From positions 720,001-752,000 of the forward strand of contig NZ_CP019633.1 in NCBI RefSeq assembly GCF_001997385.1: DNA of 32,000 bases. The letters are read 5' to 3'. A program made the translations under genes and the position numbers. The DNA comes from Sedimentisphaera cyanobacteriorum. GTDB lineage: Bacteria > Planctomycetota > Phycisphaerae > Sedimentisphaerales > Sedimentisphaeraceae. Each line of letters starts with the position of its first letter. Position 1 is the first letter of the stretch. This document shows, in pieces, positions 20,025 to 27,605 of this stretch. A model generated the notes under the pieces. That model was not told where the DNA came from. It saw only the letters and a list, made by a program, of their open reading frames with translations, and did no database searches.

Positions 20025-20538
20025 TAGTTGTCCTCCTTTTGCTGGTCTTTTTCAAGAATTGTTTCTGCAAGCTGCTCGGCTGTAAACAAAATTATAAACG
20101 CACCGGCAATCGGCAGAGCAAAATATACATGCCCCATCGTTACGCCTAAAGCGGGCGTAAGGGCAGCGGTTGTCTGGTCCATATTCGCAGAGGCCACCTG
20201 AACCCCGCCGATTATGAAAACAGCAATAGCGAAAAACAGCACTGTCAGCTGCGTAAAAACCTTTACAAGCTTCCTGGCCTCGGGAGCGAGTTTGCCCACA
20301 AAATAATCAACTCCCAAATGGGCATTTTCCCCAAATGCCAGCGCACCGCCCAGAAGTGCAACCCATACCAAAAGGAAGCGTGCCAGCTCTTCGGTCCATT
20401 TGGCCTGCCCCCAAGAACGAAGCGTGTGAACACGCCCCACAATACATCGAGAACGAGCACCGCCATTGCAATTATCAGTCCGTATTCAAGCATTCGGCAG
20501 AGCCAGAATCTTGCTTTTTTAAGAAGCTCTATATTCAT
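20024..20538 (-). pseudogene. dctQ: TRAP transporter small permease subunit, split by a 1-nt frameshift in a homopolymer
   Basis: Two overlapping ORFs in different frames together make one DctQ. ORF 20263..20538 gives the N-terminus (...LDVLWGVFTRFVLGG) and 20024..20440 gives the rest (QAKWTEELARFLLVWVALLGGALAF...). The frames meet at the C5 run at 20408..20412. One extra C/G there gives a continuous 171-aa protein reading ...FTRFVLGGQAKWTEELARF... Confidence 0.8.
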
Positions 20539-21545
20539 GGTTTAATCTCTCGAATCTTCTTTACAAGCTTGATGATTTCTTCATTCTCAATCGCTTCATA
20601 CATAGGCTGCACCTTTTCTGCGAAGAGGCTCTGATCTACTTCATGTATTGTTACGCCGTTTTCTTCAGCAAATTCAAGCGATCTTTTTGTTTCTTCTTTC
20701 CAAAGCTCTCTCTGATATTCTCTGGATTCTTTCGCAGCTTTCATCAGCCAGCTTTGAAGCCTGCTGTCCAAACTGCGCCATATCTTTGTGCTCATAAGAA
20801 GCACATCAGGTATGCGGGTGTGAGCATCTTTGGAGAAATGCTTGCACACTTCGTAATGCTTGTTTGTCGTGAAGCTGGGCGGGTTGTTTTCAGCCCCGTC
20901 CACTGTTCCCTGAGCAAGAGCTGTATAGAGCTCGCCCCAGGCGATTGGTGTGGGGGATGCCCCCAGCGAGCTTACCATCTTCATTGCCATCTCGCTGTTC
21001 ATTACTCTTATTTTCAGGTTTTTCAGGTCCTCCGGAGTTTTTACAGGCTTGTCCTTAGTGTAAAAATTTCTGCTCCCCGAATCGTAGTAGCAAAGCCCTT
21101 GAACACCTTTATCATTGCCTTTTTTAAGCAGTTCGCCCCCAAGCTCGCTTTTTAGTACTGTCCAGAAATGCTCTTCAGAACGGAATAGATATGGAAGGCC
21201 GAAAACCTTCAGCTCAGGTACAAAATTTTCCAGAGATGCTGCTGAAGTCTTGGTCATTGCAAGGTCGCCGCTGCGAAGCTGCGCTATACACTCCACCTCC
21301 GAGCCCAGTACACTGCTTGGATAGATGTCGATTGTGGCCGTCCCGCCGGAGAGCTCCTCCAAACGCTCCTTCATAAAGACCATGCCCTTATGAACGGGGT
21401 GGTTTGTGTCAAGGCAGTGGCCGAGTTTAAGAACGGTTTTCTCAGACCTGCCTTCCATAGAACGGACAAACAATGAGAATATGCCCGTTGCTATAATAAG
21501 GCCTATTATTAAACCGCTTACAAAAAATGAAGATTCTTTTTTCAC
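20535..21545 (-). CDS. dctP: TRAP transporter substrate-binding subunit (DctP family), probable hexuronate/sugar-acid binding
   Basis: 336 aa with an N-terminal membrane anchor or signal followed by a DctP-like fold (LKLGHCLDTNHPVHKGMVFMKERLEELSGG...IDIYPSSVLG). The start is GTG. Its stop overlaps the dctQ start (ATGA). Substrate is inferred from context only. Confidence 0.85.
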   Translation of the reverse strand: MKKESSFFVSGLIIGLIIATGIFSLFVRSMEGRSEKTVLKLGHCLDTNHPVHKGMVFMKERLEELSGGTATIDIYPSSVLGSEVECIAQLRSGDLAMTKTSAASLENFVPELKVFGLPYLFRSEEHFWTVLKSELGGELLKKGNDKGVQGLCYYDSGSRNFYTKDKPVKTPEDLKNLKIRVMNSEMAMKMVSSLGASPTPIAWGELYTALAQGTVDGAENNPPSFTTNKHYEVCKHFSKDAHTRIPDVLLMSTKIWRSLDSRLQSWLMKAAKESREYQRELWKEETKRSLEFAEENGVTIHEVDQSLFAEKVQPMYEAIENEEIIKLVKKIREIKP

Positions 21546-21563
21546 GTTTACCCCGCTTAAAAA

Positions 21564-22787
21564 TTAGATACTAAACTGTTCTTCTAAAACTGCCGCAGAT
21601 GCACCTTTCATCAAGGCATTATGGCCTGCCTGAGCAAGTCTTATCTCGATATTTCTTGAAGATTCGTCATAAACATTTGTTTCAAAACGACTCAAGAGAT
21701 GATGCTTAAAATAATCAAAACTGACCTCATTGATATATCCGGCAAGAATTAACACGTCCGGGTCGAATATATTAATAGCAGCAGCTGCTGCCCAGCTTAT
21801 TTTCTCGGCAGCGTAATCTCTAAGTGATAAGGCGTATTCATCGCCTTCTTCTATAAGCTTTTTCCACTTGCCGGCGACTACTTCAGGCTGGTCATCTTCA
21901 ATAATAATTTTGGAAAAACCGCTTTGAACGCCGGATGCAAGGTCTTTTTTTACCTTGTCAGCTATTGCAGGTCCTGATATATGCGCTTCAAGACAGCCGC
22001 GCTGCCCGCAACCGCATAGAGGCCCATTTGGGTCTATTACAATATGCCCAATCTCTCCGCAGCGGTTTGTTGCCCCGTTGATAAGGTTTCCATCTACTAT
22101 AGTATTAACTCCCACTCCATCGGCGGCATTGAAGTAAACAATGTTCTTTTTAGTAAGTGATGGAGATGCGTTCAACTCAGCAAGAAGCCGTACTTTGGTA
22201 GTGAAAACATAAATCGGACATTCGAAATAATCTTCGAGCATTGCCTTGAGCGGGATGTTTTTCCAGCCAAGAGGGCCTGATAGCTTAACAACACCTTCTG
22301 GTGATATTGAACCGCTTAATGCTAAACCTATACCGCCAAGCATATTACTGCTTATTTCGTATTTATTGAGCAATCCTTTGATGCTGATTTCTGCAAGTTT
22401 TACAACATTTTCAGCGGAACGGTCTAACTCTAAAGAAAGATTAACCTTGTCTCTTAGAGAGGAATTAAGGTCGTATAATGCTAATAGTATATGACTTGGT
22501 GAGATTTCTGCGCCCACCACGAACCCACCGGATGGGTTGATTGAAATCAACTTCGGCCGGGCTCCTCTTTTTACGCTTTCAACCTGCGTTTCCTGAATTA
22601 ACCCTTTTTTTCGCAGCCGACCTACAATATAGGTTACAGTAGAACTGCCCAGTTCAGTTTTTTGACAGAGCTGAGCTTGAGAAAGCGGTTCCTGCCTGCG
22701 AAGAATATTCAGGACAAGCTTTTCATTCTTGAGACCGGCGTTTTTAGAATCTATAGCAGTTAAGTTCATATTTATATAATAACTCAT
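21564..22787 (-). CDS. ROK-family transcriptional regulator (N-terminal winged HTH plus ROK sugar-binding domain)
   Basis: 407 aa. The wHTH is LVLNILRRQEPLSQAQLCQKTELGSSTVTYIVGRLRKKGLI. ROK zinc motif: GHIVIDPNGPLCGCGQRGCLE. An alternative start at comp(22767..22769) would give MNLTAIDS... Confidence 0.88.
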   Translation of the reverse strand: MSYYINMNLTAIDSKNAGLKNEKLVLNILRRQEPLSQAQLCQKTELGSSTVTYIVGRLRKKGLIQETQVESVKRGARPKLISINPSGGFVVGAEISPSHILLALYDLNSSLRDKVNLSLELDRSAENVVKLAEISIKGLLNKYEISSNMLGGIGLALSGSISPEGVVKLSGPLGWKNIPLKAMLEDYFECPIYVFTTKVRLLAELNASPSLTKKNIVYFNAADGVGVNTIVDGNLINGATNRCGEIGHIVIDPNGPLCGCGQRGCLEAHISGPAIADKVKKDLASGVQSGFSKIIIEDDQPEVVAGKWKKLIEEGDEYALSLRDYAAEKISWAAAAAINIFDPDVLILAGYINEVSFDYFKHHLLSRFETNVYDESSRNIEIRLAQAGHNALMKGASAAVLEEQFSI

Positions 22788-22814
22788 TCAATGAGCTTTT
22801 CAAGAAACTATTCG

Positions 22815-22842
22815 TTGAAATTGAAAATTTTTCAGTTATAAT
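22815..22842 (+). promoter_or_regulatory. Near-consensus sigma70-type promoter for the SDR/LarA-like/kinase/gnd/uxaC operon
   Basis: TTGAAA (22815..22820), a 16-nt spacer, then TATAAT (22837..22842), 45 nt upstream of the ATG at 22888. Confidence 0.5.
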
Positions 22843-22843
22843 A

Positions 22844-22862
22844 AAACTCAAAGCTTGAGTTT
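22844..22862. promoter_or_regulatory. Candidate operator: 8-3-8 inverted repeat overlapping the predicted transcription start
   Basis: AAACTCAA (22844..22851), spacer AGC, TTGAGTTT (22855..22862). The arms are perfect and begin right after the -10 box, in the divergent region next to the ROK regulator gene. Confidence 0.45.
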
Positions 22863-22887
22863 AATCATACTATATTGAGGTTGCCAA

Positions 22888-23706
22888 ATGAATAATTTAT
22901 TTGACCTAACAGAAAAAAAATACGTTATAACCGGCGGAGCAGGCGTTTTAGGAAGCAGAATGGCCAAAGATCTCGCTGCTGCCGGAGCGAAAGTGTGCAT
23001 TGCTGATAACGATCAGGACAATGCCGAAAAGGTTGCAGGCGAAATAAATGAGCAGGGCAGTTTTGCTGTCTCAGTGAAGTGTAATGTGCTGAAAAAGGAT
23101 GAAGTCCGCCAGACACTTGAAAAATCTGAAGAGCTCATGGGCGGGGTTGACGGTCTTATAAACGCCGCAGGAGGGAACAGAAAAGATGCTACTGCCTCAG
23201 GAGATTTGAAGTTTTTTGATATTCCTGAGGATGCTATGCATTTCGTATTTAACTTGAATTTCTTTGGAACATTTCTACCTTCTCAGGTTTTCGGAGAGTA
23301 TTTCGCTGATAAAAAGCAGGGCAGCATACTAAATGTATCAAGTATGGCAGCTCTAACACCCCTGACCAACATTTGCGGCTATGCCGCAGCAAAGGCCGCA
23401 GTAAGCAATTTCACTCAATGGCTTTCAGTGCATATGGCAAAAAATTATTCTCCGCAGATAAGGGTGAACGCTATTGCCCCGGGCTTTTTCCTCACTGAAC
23501 AGAACCGCTTTCTTCTCACTGATGAAAAAACAGGCGAACTCACTGACAGGGGCTCCACGATTATAGAACATACACCTATGGGCGAATTCGGAAAGCCTGA
23601 AGACCTAAGCGGCACCGTTTTCTGGCTCTTAAGCGATGCTTCAAGATTTGTAACAGGAACCGTAATCCCTATCGACGGGGGCTTCAGTGCTTTCAGCGGT
23701 GTTTGA
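22888..23706 (+). CDS. uxuB: SDR-family oxidoreductase, UxuB/YjmF-type fructuronate reductase (D-mannonate oxidoreductase)-like
   Basis: 272 aa with the motifs TGGAGVLG, NAAGGN, the catalytic Y-x3-K (YAAAKAA) and IRVNAIAPGFFLTEQNRFLL. I recognise these as the SDR-type mannonate oxidoreductase subgroup. Substrate assignment also rests on context. Confidence 0.7.
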   Translation: MNNLFDLTEKKYVITGGAGVLGSRMAKDLAAAGAKVCIADNDQDNAEKVAGEINEQGSFAVSVKCNVLKKDEVRQTLEKSEELMGGVDGLINAAGGNRKDATASGDLKFFDIPEDAMHFVFNLNFFGTFLPSQVFGEYFADKKQGSILNVSSMAALTPLTNICGYAAAKAAVSNFTQWLSVHMAKNYSPQIRVNAIAPGFFLTEQNRFLLTDEKTGELTDRGSTIIEHTPMGEFGKPEDLSGTVFWLLSDASRFVTGTVIPIDGGFSAFSGV

Positions 23707-23750
23707 TAACGGCAGGGCAGCAGTTTACCCATTTTAGAGGCAATTTAATT

Positions 23751-25001
23751 ATGCTTTACAGCAGCACAGGCAGTGAAAACACCAACCTATCCGGCGAGGA
23801 TCTGCGAACGGTTTTGTATGAGGCTCTGGACAAGCTTTCTGGCCGCAAAAGGGTTCTGGTGATACCGCCGGACAATACGAGATTCTATTCCCGTGCAGGC
23901 GAGCTTACCCGCTTTGCGTGGGAGTATTATGGGGATAAGCTAACTGATATTCTCCCCGCCCTTGGAACTCATAACCCTATGACAGCAGCTGAAATCAAGC
24001 GGATGTTCGGGGATGTGCCAAAGGAGCTTTTCCGCGTTCACAACTGGAGGGAGGATATAACAGCCCTCGGCCACGTACCTTCAAGCTATATCAGCGATGT
24101 CAGCGGGGGCAGGCTCAATTTCGACTGGCCTGCGCAGGTGAATAAACTGCTTGTAGAAGGCGGTTTTGACCTGATTCTTTCGATCGGCCAGGTGGTACCG
24201 CATGAAGTTATCGGTATGGCAAACTACAACAAGAACATATTTGTCGGGACGGGCGGGGCAGAAGGTATAAACAAAAGCCATTATCTGGGTGCAGTTTACG
24301 GGATGGAGCGGATAATGGGCAAAGCGGAGAATCCCGTTAGAAGCGTTCTGAATTACGCAAGCGAGAATTTTGCGAAAAGCCTTCCTGTTGTTTACGCCCA
24401 TACAGTGATCGAGGCTGGTGAAAACGGTAATACAGCTCGAGGACTTTTTGTAGGCGATGATGAGCAGTGTTTCCATAAAGCAGCGGAGCTGGCTGAGAAA
24501 GTGAACGTAACCAAAGTAGAAAAGCCGCTGAAGAAGGCAGTTGTCCTGCTTGAGGCAGACGAATACAAAAGCACATGGCTTGGAAACAAGGCTATATACA
24601 GAACCCGTATGGCAATGGCGGACGGGGGCGAACTGATAATTCTTGCCCCGAGCGTTAAGGAATTTGGCGAGGATAAACAGATCGACAAACTGATTCGCAA
24701 ATACGGCTACACCGGAACGCCGAATGTGCTTGAACAGACAGAGAAAAACAGCGACTTGAGCGATAATCTAAGCGCTGCCGCCCACCTGATACACGGCTCC
24801 TCAGAAGGGCGGTTCAATATCACTTACTGCCCGGGCGGCTTAACAAGAGAGGAGATTGAATCGGTGAATTTCAGATACGCCAGTTTGGATGAGATAATGA
24901 GAAAATACAGCCCTGAAATGTTGAAGGACGGATTTAATAACATTGAAGGCGAAGAAGTTTACTTCATTTCAAATCCAGGGCTCGGGCTCTGGAAGAGTTA
25001 A
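23751..25001 (+). CDS. LarA-family (lactate racemase domain, nickel-pincer nucleotide dependent) 2-hydroxyacid racemase/epimerase; candidate D-mannonate/D-gluconate 2-epimerase
   Basis: I prefer the ATG at 23751 (416 aa) over the TTG at 23703. LarA-like motifs are VLVIPPDNTRF (cf. SDHTRP), ALGTHNP, and VVPHEVIGMANYNKNIFVGTGGAEGINKSH. The spacing H151-x9-K161-x15-H177 equals what I recall for L. plantarum LarA His174/Lys184/His200. The function is inferred. Confidence 0.7.
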   Translation: MLYSSTGSENTNLSGEDLRTVLYEALDKLSGRKRVLVIPPDNTRFYSRAGELTRFAWEYYGDKLTDILPALGTHNPMTAAEIKRMFGDVPKELFRVHNWREDITALGHVPSSYISDVSGGRLNFDWPAQVNKLLVEGGFDLILSIGQVVPHEVIGMANYNKNIFVGTGGAEGINKSHYLGAVYGMERIMGKAENPVRSVLNYASENFAKSLPVVYAHTVIEAGENGNTARGLFVGDDEQCFHKAAELAEKVNVTKVEKPLKKAVVLLEADEYKSTWLGNKAIYRTRMAMADGGELIILAPSVKEFGEDKQIDKLIRKYGYTGTPNVLEQTEKNSDLSDNLSAAAHLIHGSSEGRFNITYCPGGLTREEIESVNFRYASLDEIMRKYSPEMLKDGFNNIEGEEVYFISNPGLGLWKS

Positions 25002-25031
25002 GGCAAATATTTAATAAAGATTGGGGAAAAT

Positions 25032-26099
25032 ATGAACGATATGAAAAAATATTCTATCCTTGTTCCAACTAGTATGGGACTCCGGCTGACCCCCGAGAAT
25101 TCTCAGCCCTTCCACTGCACCGAAACCTTCAAAATGCAGGCAACCAGCGCTGAAACAAACGTAGCAAGCGTTTCCTCATATCTGGGTATGCCCGTGAAGG
25201 TTTTAACCGCCTTTGTAAAAGGCAGTCCTGTATCCCGCTTCATTAAGGACAACCTCCAAGGCCGCGGGATGGACTATGAAGGAGCAGAATTCGAACAGGG
25301 CGGGCCATGGGGCTTTCGTCATCAGATAAATATGGCCGGCAGCGGCTGGGGCTCACGCGGGCCGCGCGTGCACAACGACAGAGCAGGCGAAGTTGGAAGA
25401 GAGCTGAGCTCGGAATATTTCGATTTCGAAAAAATCTTTGCAGAAGAGGGAGCCCGCATAGTTCACCTGTCCGGTTTAGTGGCGGCATTGTCAGAGAAAT
25501 CCAGCCAGTTCTGCCTTGATGTGGTTCGATCTGCCAAGAAAAATGGCTCGCTTATCTCATTCGATCTTAACTACAGGGCAAGCTTTTGGAAAGGCCGTGA
25601 GAAAGAGCTCGGCGAGGCTTTCGCTGAGATTGCTTCAAACAGCGATATACTTATCGGAAATGAAGAAGATTTTCAGCTCTGCCTTGGGATTGAAGGCCCT
25701 GAATCAGGCGGAAAAGGCCTGGAAGAAAAAATCGATAACTTCAAAGAAATGATTGGAAGAATACAGAAGGCCTATCCGAATGCGAAATGGTTTGGAAACA
25801 CGCTCCGTGAGGTGGTTTCGGCAAACACGCATAAATGGGGAGCGATTCTTACAGACAGCAGCGACTGGGAGATAATAAGCCCCAGAGAGATAGGCGTGTT
25901 AGACCGTATCGGAGGCGGCGACGGCTTCGTTGGCGGCCTGCTTTACGGCATACTTAAAGGCTGGGATGCAGCAAACTGTGCCCGTTTCGGATGGGCAGGC
26001 GGAGCCCTCGCTGCCACTATGCTAACAGACTACGCCCAGCCAGCAGATGAAGACCAGCTATGGAGCATCTGGGAAGGCAATGCGAGAGTAAAAAGATAA
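25032..26099 (+). CDS. PfkB-family sugar-acid kinase, KdgK-like (2-keto-3-deoxygluconate kinase-like; specificity uncertain)
   Basis: 355 aa. The N-terminus matches the KdgK pattern (MGLRLTPENSQPF...SAETNVA). It also has DLNYRASFWK, LIGNEEDF and the PfkB anion-hole motif DRIGGGDGFVGGLLYG. Confidence 0.75.
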   Translation: MNDMKKYSILVPTSMGLRLTPENSQPFHCTETFKMQATSAETNVASVSSYLGMPVKVLTAFVKGSPVSRFIKDNLQGRGMDYEGAEFEQGGPWGFRHQINMAGSGWGSRGPRVHNDRAGEVGRELSSEYFDFEKIFAEEGARIVHLSGLVAALSEKSSQFCLDVVRSAKKNGSLISFDLNYRASFWKGREKELGEAFAEIASNSDILIGNEEDFQLCLGIEGPESGGKGLEEKIDNFKEMIGRIQKAYPNAKWFGNTLREVVSANTHKWGAILTDSSDWEIISPREIGVLDRIGGGDGFVGGLLYGILKGWDAANCARFGWAGGALAATMLTDYAQPADEDQLWSIWEGNARVKR

Positions 26100-26126
26100 T
26101 AGAATTTAACATTAGGAGATAATAAT

Positions 26127-27578
26127 ATGGCAAAAGCAGATATAGCAGTAGTAGGCTTGGCGGTGATGGGTGAAAACCTCATCCTGAATATGGAAAGCAA
26201 AGGCTTCACCGTTGCCTGCTATAACCGCACGGTTTCCAAGGTTGATAATTTTATGAACGGCAGGGCAAAGGGCAAAAATATTATAGGCTGCCGGAGTATA
26301 GAAGAGCTGCTCAGCTCGCTCAAATCACCGAGAAAAATTATGCTTATGGTAAAGGCGGGAAAACCTGTCGATGCTTTTATTGAGCAGGTTCTACCCCATC
26401 TTGACGACGGAGATATTGTAATAGACGGGGGCAACAGCCATTTCCCCGATACAATCCGCAGAACTGAATATGTGGAAGGCAAGGGCAAGCTCTATATCGG
26501 AACAGGCGTTTCGGGTGGCGAGGAAGGGGCTCTTTTAGGCCCCTCTATAATGCCGGGGGGAAGCCCAGCTGCCTGGGAGCACGTAAAGCCCATATTCCAG
26601 AAAATCTCAGCCCACACAGAAAAGGACGAGCCCTGCTGCGAATGGGTTGGCGAAAACGGAGCAGGCCATTTCGTTAAGATGGTTCACAACGGCATCGAAT
26701 ACGGCGATATGCAGATGATCTGCGAAACATATCAGCTTATGAAATACGGCCTCGGTATGAGTAATGAGCAGATGAAGGACGTTTTCACCGATTGGAATGA
26801 AGGCGAGCTGGATTCTTATCTCATAGAGATTACCCGCGATATACTCGGCTGCAAGGATGAAAGCGGGCAGTATGTTCTCGATTTAATCCTCGATACTGCC
26901 GGCCAGAAAGGTACAGGCAAATGGACAGCGATAGCTTCTCTGGATGTAGGTCAGCCGCTTACGCTCATTGGAGAGGCTGTTTTCGCGCGCTGCCTTTCAG
27001 CACTCAAAGATGAACGGAAAAAAGCTTCTGAGGTGCTTTCCGGGCCTGATGCTGAGTTTGAAGGCGACAAGGCTAAAATGATTGACGATCTCCGCAAGGC
27101 GCTCTATGCCTCGAAGATCGTAAGCTATGCTCAGGGCTATCAGCTTATGCGTGCAGCTGCAGCAGAATATGGATGGAATCTCAATTATGGCGGAATAGCA
27201 CTTATGTGGCGGGGAGGATGCATTATACGTTCGGTATTCCTCGGAAAGATTAAAGAAGCCTTCGACAAGAATCCAGAGCTTACCAACCTCCTTCTCTATC
27301 CGTTCTTTGCAGAAGCGGTACAAAACAGTCAGGATGCTTGGAGACGTGTGGTAACAACTGCCGTTAAGCAGGGGATTCCTGTGCCGGCTATCAGCAGCGC
27401 GCTTGCATTCTACGACGGCTATCGAAGCGAGCGTCTGCCTGCAAATATGCTTCAGGCACAGAGGGATTATTTCGGAGCTCACACCTACGAGAGGATCGAC
27501 AAACCTCGCGGCGAATTCTTCCATACCAACTGGACAGGACGCGGAGGAGAAACCGCTTCTTCAAGCTATATTGTTTAG
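26127..27578 (+). CDS. gnd: 6-phosphogluconate dehydrogenase, decarboxylating
   Basis: 483 aa with the motifs GLAVMGENLILN, IDGGNSHF, GTGVSGGEEGA, GAGHFVKMVHNGIEYGDMQ and RDYFGAHTYER. AGGAG lies upstream of the start. Confidence 0.95.
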   Translation: MAKADIAVVGLAVMGENLILNMESKGFTVACYNRTVSKVDNFMNGRAKGKNIIGCRSIEELLSSLKSPRKIMLMVKAGKPVDAFIEQVLPHLDDGDIVIDGGNSHFPDTIRRTEYVEGKGKLYIGTGVSGGEEGALLGPSIMPGGSPAAWEHVKPIFQKISAHTEKDEPCCEWVGENGAGHFVKMVHNGIEYGDMQMICETYQLMKYGLGMSNEQMKDVFTDWNEGELDSYLIEITRDILGCKDESGQYVLDLILDTAGQKGTGKWTAIASLDVGQPLTLIGEAVFARCLSALKDERKKASEVLSGPDAEFEGDKAKMIDDLRKALYASKIVSYAQGYQLMRAAAAEYGWNLNYGGIALMWRGGCIIRSVFLGKIKEAFDKNPELTNLLLYPFFAEAVQNSQDAWRRVVTTAVKQGIPVPAISSALAFYDGYRSERLPANMLQAQRDYFGAHTYERIDKPRGEFFHTNWTGRGGETASSSYIV

Positions 27579-27605
27579 TGAACTAATCTCCGAAAGGAAA
27601 GCAGT

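Noticed and set aside
20400-20420. Programmed ribosomal frameshifting as the explanation for the split dctQ
   Set aside because: I saw no slippery heptamer or downstream structure. A simple 1-nt homopolymer indel restores a textbook DctQ, and a second homopolymer lesion of the same type occurs in the transposase. An indel, whether technical or mutational, is the more parsimonious explanation.
23751-25001. Calling the LarA-family gene a lactate racemase
   Set aside because: The gene sits inside a hexuronate/gluconate operon with no lactate-related genes. The LarA family is known to include other 2-hydroxyacid racemases and epimerases, so lactate specificity should not be transferred by homology.
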